Shown one piece after another: positions 1 to 11,178 of a stretch of DNA of 20,000 nucleotides (its first letter is position 1; every line of letters starts with the position of its first letter). The notes beneath the pieces are model-generated. The model worked only from the letters and a program-made list of their open reading frames with translations, had not been told where the DNA came from and searched no databases. The DNA lies in contig ML002229.1 in assembly GCA_003614675.1 (NCBI GenBank), forward strand, positions 49,233-69,232. Direction: 5' to 3'. The position numbers and the translations under genes were made by a program. Source of the stretch: Dimargaris cristalligena. Lineage: Eukaryota.

Positions 1-140
1 GGGTGGCCCGTTGGAACACTCTATATCCTATACGCCACTTTGAAGAATTTAGAATAGAAAGGGAAATTATAGATTAAAATTGAAACTAAAAAATGGACTA
101 TATAGGGGTATTCAAACATCAATCAAATCAATAACTATAA

Positions 141-2810
141 TCACGAGTAATTCTCAATCGCCTGGATAAGCTGGTTCGACTCCTGGACAAAATCAATCGG
201 GGAAGCCGTGAAGATCTGGTAGCGGACCTTGCGACTGTCATTGTAATTCTCGGCCTTAGCCTTACAGCGGAAGAGGTAGGTCTTGAGCAAGGGTGCCTCG
301 ATCGTTTGCTTGAATGCCGTCGGGTCGGATTCCTAAGATATCACAATAGAAGGATATATATATAAACAGTAGAGAAATGAGTAAAAATTAGACCACCTTC
401 GCTTGAGAGGTTGCTTAAAATACCCTTCGATCTTGTCATATCACATATTTACTATTTAACTTACCCGAAGAGCCTCCAATTCATTGGCCGTGATGCCCAA
501 GAGCTGCTCGGCCACTTCATTAAAGCACTGCAACCAAATCTGACCGGCATGATCACAGGTATTGATGGTCATGATGTAGCGGTACTGCGGATTGGGGAAA
601 CTCTGGTCACATTTCTCACAGCGCCAGGCACTGCCGTTATTCACCACCTTCTTCTGACACCCGTCGTTGGGGCAGGCTGGGTAGGCGAAGTTGTCCGCCT
701 TGATGTAGGTGATGGTGCCCCGGGTACTGAAGTAGTCGGGCTTCTCCCCGTTGCCCAGGTTTTCGTCCTTCACCTGGGCGAGGTTCTTGCGGGCATCCCG
801 ACGCTGGCCGGCACCGCCCGCGGCCATGCCCCCGAAGTCACCCCCTCCACCACCTCCCATGGATGAGTATCCCAGGGGCTGGATGGAGTGTTGTTCGGAA
901 TCGAACCACCCGCGCAGCCGGTGGGCTTCGGGGATATCCGGATTCGCGGACACCGTGGCGGTGGACATGAGGGAGAGACAGCGACCCCCAAAGTCACCCA
1001 CCTTCACGCCCTTGATGGCCAGCACCGGGTGGTCGTCGCCATTAAAGTCCTGCGCATACTTGCCCCACAGGGTCAGGCGAACCGCGTAGCGCGACATGTC
1101 CATCAGTTGGATATCCCGCTTAGAGTAGGGCTTCTGGGTATTCTTCGAGATCAGCTCGGTCACTGGAGACACCTCCTTGACCACCCCAATGACGTCAATG
1201 TGGGCGTCCTTTTCGTGGTCGTTCAAGCGGTCCAGAGGAACAAAATTGTACTTGATGGATGGGACGTTAGCCGCCTTGGTACACAGGGTCACCTCGGTGG
1301 TGCGCTCGAAGCCTAATTCGTATTCGTTCTGGAGGGTGTTGAACTGGGCCCGGGCCATATTTACCTTAGGGTTGGCGATGTAGTATACTTTGCCCTCTTC
1401 CAGGACGTTGATCAGGGAATCGGCCATCTCGTTAAAGGCCGTGGCCTTGATTTCACCACTCTCGTCGAGCAGGTTCACGCTGAATAGCTTGCCCTCCCCT
1501 TTGGCGTTGCGCCAGAAACGCATGTCGCTCTTCTGGGTGACCCGGGCCTGGATAGTGGCCTTGCCCTGGTAGGGGTTGAGACCACGAATGGGGATCACGT
1601 TCGGTGGGGGGGCTCCTCCGCCGCCCACGCTCGAAGAGTTGTTTACGTTGTTGCTGTATAGGTGGGGGTGGGCAAGGTGTTTACATAGACATACCAGAAT
1701 TAGTTAGGGTACAGTAACAGGTGAAGCGGGCTGTACATGGGATGGGAGGAGTCTAAAACCACTGGGCCAGGGGATTTAGTCACGTAGAGAAGAGGGGGTG
1801 TCTTACTTGTAACTTGAAGCGGAAGGATTGTTGTGGCCATAGCCCATGTTGGAGGTAGGGGGAGGAGGGGCTTGGTGGCTATTAGAGAGAGGGAATATCG
1901 GATCGGGGTCGTAGTGGGTGGCGCAGTAAAGTCACGGGGTTAGTAACCAAACAAAGGGCTAGGATTTGGGCCATTGATTCAAGAGGTAATAAATAATACG
2001 CACTTTACACATAAGAGGAGAGGGGGGTATATGGCCCGATAAACCACATACTCCTGGGTGCCTGAAATGTAGTGTAATTATAGGAGGGCAGCTCCTTACC
2101 TGGGGGCTCGGGGCGTACTGTAAGAAGTCGCGGCGGGGTTGACCGGGGCGGGCGCGGGAGCGGAAACAGCCGCCGCTGATGAGACATCCGCAGGAGCGCC
2201 GACAGGAACGGGGGCCCCGATGTTTGCACTGGCCTGGTGGACAATTTCGATTTGAAGGAGCACCATGAAACTAAAGGAGGGGGATGTCGATTGATTGGCA
2301 TACACCGAATTAGATATCATTAAAAGCCATTGTAAAATTATAACATTTAAACTCGCCACCAGTGTCACTGGCGCATCCGGTCCGTCGGGGTTAATCGGAT
2401 CAAGCCGCCGACTGGTCTGTTCGCTTCTAGTCAGCCCTATAAAATGATACGTTTTACATATAGGTGGTATTGGGGAAGGGATTCACTGGAGCATATACTA
2501 CGACCACTTACGGCTTTTCCTTGATGCGGTTGCAGGTGTACTGGGTGGCCCGGAAAACCGTGTTGGCCTGCAGCTGGCCGGAGGTGATCAGGTGGAACAG
2601 CTGGGTGGTCAGCATGCCGTGTATGGTGTTCACTCCGTCGGACAACAGTAGGCGAAAGCGAATGGGCGGGGGACCTCCGGTGTTACTATCGGTAGGCGGC
2701 TGCTGCATTTGACGGAGGGCCAGCACCTGGAGTACCGGGTTGTGGGCGAGGGGGGAAGTCCTATCTTCGCGGAAGACGGCCTCCACGGCGCCTTGGGTAA
2801 GTGCAGTCAT
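141..2810 (-). CDS. RFA1: Replication protein A 70 kDa subunit, 5 exons (2512-2810, 2100-2270, 1807-1878, 465-1653, 141-332), about 640 aa
   Basis: Exons join in frame through GT-AG introns (donors GTAAGT, GTAAGG, GTAAGA, GTAAGT) to 1923 nt ending in TGA at 141-143. Motifs: N-terminal OB fold (LTQGAV...RFRLLLSDG), DBD-A (LNPYQGKATIQARVTQKS...GEGKLFSVNLLDESGEIKATAFN), DBD-B (VRLTLWG, KGVKVGDFGGRCLS), DBD-C with C4 zinc finger (CPNDGCQKK...CEKC), and C-terminal FRCKAKAENYND. Confidence 0.97.
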
Positions 2811-3640
2811 ATGGTGTGTGTGGTGGGAGAGAAAGTGAGGTGAGGGGGTATCGAATGAAGCAGAAAGGCTAGAGAGGGTAAATAACCTCGGTGCACTGGG
2901 AAAGAGATGGGATGACGGTGGTGGTAGTGGCTTACTAGCCAAATGGAACGAAACAGTAATTGTAGATCAAAGTGAAATAAAAAGCGAAAGCGAACGCGAG
3001 TTGGGAAAGTTGTGGCATAAACCTGGTGGGGTGTGCGAAAGGAGGTGGTGGACACGAAAGACGCCTGGCGCAGTCGCTGAAATAGAAGAGGTGGTGCATA
3101 TATTTTAGCTTCCTCCTCCTCTCTGACAGCACCTTTAGGGAGGTAAACAAAACACGGGATTTGTATTGCTATAGAATAGTATGGCATAGTATAAAGAATA
3201 GCCGATCTGCCGGTGTTTTGGCCTATTTCATGGGATATTTCTCCTGGAATGCGCTCATTACATTTCCCATGCCTTACCCACTCTGATTGGCCACTATATC
3301 CTATTATTGAGTGTGCCTCCCACTAGCTAGTTAGCTGATTCTGACAAAGTCGGATGGGGCAATGATAACAGTGTGGTTCAAGGTTATACACGCCCTACAA
3401 CAACCCATGCTGTTTGCCTCGCTGGTAATGAAGCACTAGAATGTCGTTAAGCAAAGCAGGTTTAATAAAATGACAATCACTATTTACTAGTCGGTAGAGT
3501 AATCTCGCGTAAAGACTATAGAGCGGCCCAGTCGACGCGACGCCGAAATCAGCCAGCCCACCACAGCATACATCTCTCCATACATAATCAATGTAGGCAA
3601 CATGATAGAAGAGTGCCCCGTCTCGTAGCTATCTATCCCT

Positions 3641-6096
3641 CTAGGCAGCCTGTCCCGCCATCAAATCATCCAGCACCTGGACGAACCGGTAGACGTCTTG
3701 GAACGAGTTGTAAAGCGGGGTAGGGCCCACCCGAATACAGTTGGGTTCCCGTTCATCGCAGACGATGCCGGCCTCGGACAGGCCCGCGAACACGGGTCGG
3801 AAAGCCGCCGCCGGGAGAAGCAGCGACAGTTGGCAGCCGCGGGCCTCGGGGTCACTGGGGGTCATAATTGTGATGCCACCGCTCTTACCCTCCCCCTTCC
3901 CGCTGAGCCGCGGCCGCCGAGTCAGCTGGTATTCCAAATACCCGGTCAGCAGGATCGATTTCCGGCGCAGGGCGGCCATGTCGGTGCGGCCAAAGACGGT
4001 GAGACTGGCCAGGAGGGAGGTCATGGCGAAAACATTGGGGTTAGACACCTGGTAACCGGCCGTTTCCTGGATGGGGTCCAGTTGGTCGCGCATCTGGAAG
4101 CGGGTCGCCTTTTGGTTACTCCACCAGCCGGCCAGACGGGGTCGCTCCTCGTCGGGCTGGGCGTACTTTTCGTGGACGTAAATGCCGGCAATGCCGCCCG
4201 GTCCCGAATTGAGATACTTGTACGTGCACCAGCAGGCGAAATCGACCGCCCAGTCGTGCAGGTAGAGCGGGACATTGCCCACCGCGTGGGCCAGGTCGAA
4301 ACCCACTAAGCTGCCCTATGTCGAGAAAATATACCGCATATCCATTTGATTATGATATATATAGTGAGTAAATGGGTGATTTTTAATTAGTATCGATAAC
4401 ATTGGGTGCTGTGTGTCAAACAGTTGGCTTAGAAAGGTGTTGGCATCCACCCACACAGGTTGAGCGATCTACATCCGGGAAGGGTTAGCCCAGGGGTCTA
4501 CAAGACTCTCCGGGTTTTCTCAACTTACCTGAGCGTGACCCGCCTCCGTGATCCGTTTCATATCAAACAATTGGCCGGTATAGTACTGTATGCCACTGAA
4601 GAAAACGAGGGCAGTTTGGGAGCCCTCCTTCTCAATCGCCTCGAGGATATCCTCCGTGCGCAGACAGTGTTCTCCTTCGCGAGGGGCCAGTGTAACCAAG
4701 GCTTCCGCGGGGTCCAGACCATGCCAGCGGATCTGAGATTCAACCGCGTACTAATAGGTGCCATTGGAAGGAAAAGGGATTTATACCCCAATGCAGTAAT
4801 AGCAGAAAATAATACATAGGATGGTAATGCCGTTAGAGAAAGTGCAACTGGTAGAACCCCAGTGGGGCCCGTGGTAATTTAGCGGTAGATAGCGGTGGGG
4901 TAATGTAGCTCGAGGCAGGAGCTAGCGGTTACTTACCCGATCCGAGGGGAACGCCTTCGCCTCCATAATAACCTTGAATCGCTGGGGGGTCGGTTGGTAG
5001 AAGGCGGCAAACAGGAAATGGATATTCACCGTCAGTGTGTTGAGGATTGCGACCTCGGATAATTTGCAGCCTAGGTTAATAGCCAAGATGAATTAGACCA
5101 GATCATATAGTGTTTTAGCTATAGAGGGTCAGTACCCCGCACATTCGTAGCAGTGGTAGGCGGCGGGGTGCCATCATCAGCCATGTAATTTGTATTGGTC
5201 ATGCTCAAAGTAGAGGGAAGGGGGCTCCTACTTACCGACAATGCGGGCCGACTCCTGCAGCACATTTTCGTCCGAGGTAAGCCAGGGCCGTTGGTAAGCG
5301 TGACTGTGGTGTCCAAGAACCCCTCTGTTTCGATGGAGGGATTAGCCAGGTGATGAGCAACAAAATGGATCACAAGGTTGGTTAGATGTGAGACCTTTAC
5401 TACAACAGTTTCCTAGGACCTATTGCAGCAAGCCAGTCACTTATCGCGCGGATCCTTCTCCCACGCCAGTATACAACCCCAGCAGCATGTTGTCCGACCT
5501 GAAACAAAACGAGTCACAAATCCGCCAAAACAACCTAACCTACCGTTTGGCCCAGATCTCGAGTTCTTCCAGCAGGTACTGCTTGGTCGCTTTAGGCTGT
5601 AGGCCCAGCGAATTGCCGCATAAATAGGTGCAGAGTTGGTCTTCGGTGGTGTCCTTGGGGGTCGAGTTAGCGGCTGCCGGTGGTGGCATTAAACACCAGT
5701 ATCCAAAATCGTGGTAGTGGGGTCGTTAGTAATCTGTGATCTTATTGGGGCGAATGCCTTCGAAATGGGGGTATCCAACCCTCTCCTATTACCTTGCTGA
5801 ACCGTGCTAGTGGTTCCTTTGGGGGTTTCCACCAATCTCTGGATCGCTAGATAATATATTCCCTAATGAATGAAGAGGGGTGGTGGGCTAAATGTTGTTA
5901 AGAATACAAGGCATATGGTGAGACTATATTACGTACCGGAAACACCCTTCACCTCCGCCCGGGTGGGGTAGCAGAACTCGTCTCGGAAGTGACGAAGGGG
6001 GTCCTGGGCGTCGAGGGCTTCGGCGAAGGCACTCCCGAGCGGGTCGAGATTAGTGGACTGGGCCAAAGCCTCGAGTTGGTCGGCGGGGGAAGGCAT
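3641..6096 (-). CDS. BNA5: Kynureninase (PLP-dependent, de novo NAD+ pathway), 6 exons (5937-6096, 5544-5673, 5236-5324, 4937-5070, 4529-4750, 3641-4315), about 469 aa; possible extra 54-nt exon at 5793-5846
   Basis: Spliced frame of 1410 nt with family hallmarks [66 protein letters not shown] (PLP lysine), RLAGWW and RGCQLS. All introns are GT-AG with consistent phases. Confidence 0.97.
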
Positions 6097-6689
6097 AGTG
6101 CAATAAGGGAGGAATAGAAGTAGAGAAGGGTTGGGTCAAACAGACAACGAGAAGTGCAGTGAAGTGAAGCTGAGTGAAGTGTACAGTCAGTAGTTAAGAA
6201 AGTAACGGGGTTGGGCAACGAATGGTCTATAAATAAGAGAGCTGGTTGGGGACAAAGGTATTATTAGGGAGAGTTTTATCAGAGTGGTCTAATGATAAAT
6301 TTCTCAAACTTAGGGGCCCTGGGAAAACTAGTGACCGCCTTCTTTCTCCCTTACAAGGGCGTAAGGGCTCCCAGAGGTTCAGCCCGGCCAATGGCGCGCG
6401 CGGGGAATCAGTAAACCTACTTTACCAGGATTTTGGAGGGGCCTTACTCGCTCAAGGTCCGAGAAGTTTGTCACAGGCGCTGCTCAGCCAAGGGAAGAGG
6501 AGGTAGCATTGTGGCTCAACCACACTCCTCCTCACTTTAACTACTTTTTGGCTCATTTTCCTCGCATTTCTTTTACATACCATCCATCCGCCCATTCCAC
6601 TAGCTAAACCATCTACTTTACCCGGCTGTTCTATTGAAGACAGCACCGCCCCCTTCTCTTTATCTCCACACCCCCGAATCCAAGCGACC
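6097..6689. promoter_or_regulatory. Divergent intergenic/promoter region shared by kynureninase and BET4
   Basis: 593 bp between two outward-facing start codons. Central GGCCAATGG CCAAT box (6388-6392) directly followed by GGCGCGCGCGGGGAA (6393-6407). Pyrimidine-rich leaders precede each ATG. Confidence 0.6.
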
Positions 6690-8829
6690 ATGTCCCATGG
6701 TGTACGGCGCGTAAAAACCACCGCCGAGGTACAGCTTCTTAAGAAGCAGAAGGAAGCCAAGCTCATCGACGAATACCGGCAATTGACCTCCGCCGTCTTT
6801 CAGAAGGTTAGTTGCTCTTAACCGTGGTAGGGAAGCAGTAATCCCCCTTCCTCTATTTAATTATATTTGGCTTGTCGGAGTTCTCTCTTCCCTCTCTCTT
6901 CATTGTTCTACCCGGGTTACCTGGGACTACTAAACCTAAAACCGTCCGTTTTGTTCGTATACTATGGATGGTTGTATCATCGCAACTGCCCTTCCCCGAA
7001 ACTCGGATATTAAACTCCCATGCGGATGGTATCCCTTAGCGTAAAGACCTCTGCTACGACGACGAGTCATTTCAACTCACCACCCGACTTCTGCGTAACA
7101 ACCCCGAGCTATACACTGTTTGGAATTACCGCCGGGAAATTCTTCTTTCGCGGTTCGATAGCTGGTAAGCCCCTTTCCCTTCCCCATCTGACGTGGCTTT
7201 GCCGTTTTATGAAGCTCTGGTACTACACGCCCCCAAATAGCTGGAGTCAACATGATTTCATAAGTTTCCTTTACAATGTATGATATTTTATCCCTTGGAC
7301 CAACCCATTATTACCACCATTGCCGGTGTCCCAGTTCGGAAGCTGAGGTGACCGAGGCCTGTCAAGCGGAACTAGACTTCTTTATGGAGGTCATTCGCTT
7401 CAACCCCAAATGCTACTGGATTTGGAATCATCGGCTGTGGGCCTTGAGTACCACACCTTCGCCCAACTGGGATATGGAGCTCCGCCTGGTCGGTAAAATG
7501 CTCGAGCTCGATTCCCGTAACTGTAAGTCTGGGAATTTCATATAGCCCGCTCACCTATCCTTTCAATTAGGCCATCGAGTAACCCCCTCGTTTCGTCACC
7601 CCCCCCTCCCTCCACCTGAGTTGAGTTCCCGCACAGTTGTCTATGTTATATCAAACTAGGGGTTCCCATTGTTGGATGAAGCTAATCTCAGGCCAGTATT
7701 TACTCTATAAATCTATCCACCGTGTTACTGTTTCCGACACTTACTCCTCTCCTTCTAGTTCACGGCTGGGATTACCGCCGGTACGTCATCGATAAAATCT
7801 GTAGTGTCCAACCCGAAAATATCCTGGCCATCAATACCCGGGAATTTGATTATACTACTCAGAAAATCATGGAAAACTTCTCGAACTTCTCGGCTTGGCA
7901 TAATCGCCTAAAGCTACTGGAGATGATTTTACCCGGGAAGACCCTCGAGGAACGCCGGGCGTTAATTGCTAATGGTAGGTTTTATTTAGCTCATTAAGCC
8001 GTACTACCCTAGTGGAACTACTTTTAGTTGCTTGTATATTTTCCCCGATTTTCCGCCATGCCCTTGGTTGTCTAACCGTTGAATGCAATTCCTACGGGCG
8101 GGTCCCATTCAATATATACACATGTATTTTTTTTTTTTTTTTTAGAATTTGAGCTGGTTCAGAGCGCCCTATTCACCGAACCCCAGGACGAATGCGGCTG
8201 GCTACATTGGCGTTGGCTCATCGAGCAAGGTAATTGTCCGCTTTGGGGGGGATTTGTTATAATACCACCTAACGTGTATAACATCTGATTACTAGCAATA
8301 TGCTTGGAGGGTATTAAGTTAATTGTATGTTGACAATGATGTGGGCTATACAATTTCCACAAATAATCTGTGGTTTAACTTTTAGAAATATCATTGACTG
8401 AGGCGATTTCTGAGCAGCTTGCCACCGTGGTCCGCGAGACTGATACGATTGCCGAATTATTGGAATTGGCCCCCGATGGAAAATGTAAGTGGCTCTAAGT
8501 TCAATTCATTTTGGGGATATACTTTAGTTAGGCCATTGTGTACTTTGTGGTGGTCTGCTATTTGCCTATTACACTGCCCTTATTTCAATATGTGTCCTCA
8601 CTGCTAATGTCCGTTACTTGATTTCATTTTACAATTGTCCAACTATACCTTTCGCGTGCGACTATATTCTACATTGATAGTGGTATTGCGGAATATTATA
8701 CTCCTTTACCGTATAAAGCACGGAATCGAACCCTTGAACGCTGTTGATCGGGCCAAAGTAGGCCAGTACGTACAGCGGCTGGCTGAACTCGACCCGCTGC
8801 GAGTTGGGTTGGACGAAAAGTGGTGGTGA
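6690..8829 (+). CDS. BET4: Rab geranylgeranyltransferase (GGTase II) alpha subunit, 7 exons (6690-6806, 7040-7164, 7335-7522, 7759-7974, 8146-8229, 8386-8484, 8681-8829), about 325 aa
   Basis: N-terminal MSHGVRR matches the MHG[RI]xK start of Bet4/RABGGTA. Five prenyltransferase-alpha repeats: NPELYTVWNYRR, NPKCYWIWNHR, DSRNFHGWDYRR, NFSNFSAWHNR, EPQDECGWLHWRW. C-terminal LAELDPLR. The spliced frame is 978 nt; the extreme 3' end is less certain. Confidence 0.92.
8127..8143 (+). repeat. T17 homopolymer forming the polypyrimidine tract of BET4 intron 4
   Basis: 17 consecutive T immediately before the AG acceptor at 8144-8145. Confidence 0.9.
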
Positions 8830-8879
8830 GGATGCTGATGCGGTAGGGTTTGCCCGGCCGACTCAGTTGGGTTGGACGA
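8802..8879 (+). repeat. 15-bp perfect direct repeat AGTTGGGTTGGACGA (8802-8816, 8865-8879) bracketing the BET4 stop codon
   Basis: Read directly from the sequence; the two copies start 63 bp apart. Confidence 0.85.
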
Positions 8880-10318
8880 TGGAGTCATCAGATATATTTT
8901 GGGGATTGGCTGGGCGTTAGTTGCCGCCTAATGTACCTGCTATACCTTATTACAATAAACGTCCATATATTAATAGAGACAGGTGGTTGATTTAAGTACC
9001 AGTAACACCCGTCATGTCGCCTACCAATAATTGAAGCAGCATGTGAGTCGAGTCTTCACGGTTGGGGTCATGGGATGTAAGCGAGGAAACCTAAATATCC
9101 GTTTCTGATGACGAACTCCCGATTGGGGAGAGGCAACCATGCCCTAAAGTGGGCTAAAAAGGCTTGGTCTGATACATGAAAATAGATGGGGGGAGGAGGA
9201 GGAGGAGGAGTGGCTCAATAACACTATTCGAAGCCCGCCTGATCCAGGTGAGGCAGCTGGCTAATCTAAAGGTGGCCATAACGGCCGTGTGCGCGACCGT
9301 TTCGGGTTACTTGGTACCTTACGCTCCACCCCCTCCAATTTTAGAGCGATCGATGGGAAGCCGTCGCTTCTTTTCGCTTTCTTCGACCCCTTCTTTATTG
9401 GCGTTGCTTGTGTGACGGGCGGGTCCGTGCCTCCCAGCTGACCACTTAGGCCAGCGAGTCCATCTTAATCCAGAAGGAGGGTCGCGGCATTAGGTATAGA
9501 GGCGACGAGGGGTTGATCGGCCAGCTTCCCTCAAAATACACCTTCGCAACATAAAACACGGCTTTTCTTTTCTTGTTTAAAATAAAAACACTATTTTAAA
9601 CCGCCTCGAGTTAGTAGCGGAGGAGGCTGAGCACCTCCCGTCTTCTCTATTTGTATTACTCGTTTCAGGTGATCAGGTGGGTTGTTCATTAACTTACACG
9701 TAGGTAACCGTTTCATCCTTACAATAGCGTTGCGGGAAAAGTCCCCCGTGCCAAGGGCAGTTCCTAATCAGTAACGGGGGCCTCCACTAGACATTGGGGC
9801 ATGTGCGATTGTAGATGAATAAAGTATTACAGTGGGAGTGGGCGACTGACTTCCGGTTTAGCATTTTTGTAACCCATCAATGATAGTTTACAGTGTTACA
9901 CCTTTCTCTATATGGCAGAACCTTGCCTTCGCTTTTTGATGTTAGGGGGCTTGTGCAGCTGTTTCCTATTTCAAACTTGCGCTACCGAAGCGACGAGTGT
10001 TTTCTGTATCGCTTTTCCCCCCCTGAGATCTAAAACAAAAACCACGAACCTCAGAGGTAAGGGTGTTTGATACCAAAATTAGATTAGGAAATCCTGCCGG
10101 TTTAGATGCGCCCTTGGGGTAACGAACCAGTGGGTGTCTGATCTATGCTAAAGCAAAGCAGAGGGGAACAGAGAGTTTCACAGAGGATTGAAAAAGTCAT
10201 TCGGAATATATGCTTCGCCCGTCGGCAAATACACCTCCTGTTCAGTGCCAAACGGAGCACCTGTCTGTAATCATTATAATAGTTGCAGCTGTTTGATAAT
10301 AATATGACATTTATCCAG

Positions 10319-10428
10319 CCAATGATGTGATTGACAGCCCCAAACGCCCGTCTAAATGACTGGCCGTGCCTATATCCAAATCACTACTTTCTCTCTTGTG
10401 AGGTACTTGGGTTGGGAGGTCTATAAAA
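10319..10428 (+). promoter_or_regulatory. Putative core promoter of the secreted-protein gene: CCAAT (10319-10323) and TATAAAA (10422-10428)
   Basis: Consensus TATA box about 160 bp upstream of ATG 10588, CCAAT about 100 bp further upstream, then a C/T-rich leader. Confidence 0.55.
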
Positions 10429-10587
10429 GGATCCCCCGCCCACCTTTTATTAGAACCATATCCCGCTCCCAACCATCGTCACCTGACTGTCGACCGCGCC
10501 ATCAGCCCCGTCTACACCCCATACCACTACTTTCCTGCATTCCTAATCAGTTTCCGCCCCTTTTAACCCCTCCCACTCCTTGTCATC

Positions 10588-11178
10588 ATGAAGACCACCG
10601 CCCTCCTCGCCAGTTTTTTCGTCGCCGCTCTTGCTGGTGTTCAGGCCGGCCCCACCGTCGCCACTCAAACCTGGTCAGTTTCGGAACTCGAAGCACTCGG
10701 CCCCCACGGTCATAATCCCATCATCGAGAAACTCAAAACCGCCGGTTCCGACGACGCCGAGTCCAAGGGCACCGTCGCCAGCCATTTCTACCAGAGAGAG
10801 CAACTCGGCATCCAGTCCCCCCGCCACTGGAAGTACTCGGCGGCCCTGTTGATCCTGATGGATAACTGTATCGCCGCTTTCCAACTGCAGCAGGGGCCCA
10901 GTCCCGCACTGGACCTGGTGGCAAATCCCGCTGGGGATCAGTCGGCAGACTCCATCGAACGGGTGTACTTCCAGATTTTGGAGGGTCCAGCCGAGGCCGG
11001 GGGTCGCCATTGTGTGCCCACCCAGATTCATGGCGCGGCCCAGGGGGGGCCGTACCATATTCAGAGTTTCCGGAGCGACTCCTCGGATAGCATCGACGGC
11101 CTCCTTTTGCAATACATCCAGGAAAACCCCCTGATCCAGACCACCAACGCTGATGGTACCTCTTCAGCCAAGCTTTAA
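10588..11178 (+). CDS. Intronless 196-aa hypothetical secreted protein (signal peptide, 2 Cys, C-terminal -AKL)
   Basis: ATG in ATCATG context. MKTTALLASFFVAALAGVQA|GP has a basic n-region, hydrophobic h-region and V-x-A cleavage site. Third positions are C/G-rich like the neighbouring genes, and the 3' flank is AT-rich. No family recognised. Confidence 0.85.
   Translation: MKTTALLASFFVAALAGVQAGPTVATQTWSVSELEALGPHGHNPIIEKLKTAGSDDAESKGTVASHFYQREQLGIQSPRHWKYSAALLILMDNCIAAFQLQQGPSPALDLVANPAGDQSADSIERVYFQILEGPAEAGGRHCVPTQIHGAAQGGPYHIQSFRSDSSDSIDGLLLQYIQENPLIQTTNADGTSSAKL

Noticed and set aside
411..1572. Plus-strand ORFs overlapping RPA1 (similar ORFs overlap KYNU, SKI8, BUD23 and the secreted gene)
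   Set aside because: Antisense or alternative-frame shadows of GC-rich coding sequence, with no recognisable motifs.
2052..2061. CAG|GCACCCAGGA|GTATGT 10-nt microexon in RPA1 intron 2
   Set aside because: It would shift the frame and need a 38-nt upstream intron; exons 2 and 3 already join in frame without it.
8827..8841. In-frame TGA-GGA-TGC-TGA-TGC after BET4, resembling a selenocysteine U-G-C-U-C motif
   Set aside because: Bet4 is not a known selenoprotein family, the protein is already of normal length at the first TGA, and no convincing SECIS was seen downstream.
9105..9172. CTGATGA...CTGA, resembling a C/D-box snoRNA or hammerhead core
   Set aside because: The C box is imperfect, there is no solid terminal stem or recognisable rRNA guide, and the GAAA core is not positioned for a hammerhead.
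9734..9952. RNase MRP-like P4 halves: GGGAAAAGTCCCCC (9734-9747) and GGGGGCTT (9945-9952), which could pair with a bulged U
   Set aside because: No GARAR P8 loop, no AC-led CR-V context and no P1 terminal helix were found, and CCCCCGT also pairs locally with ACGGGGG (9774-9780). A cmsearch with the Rfam RNase_MRP model would settle it.
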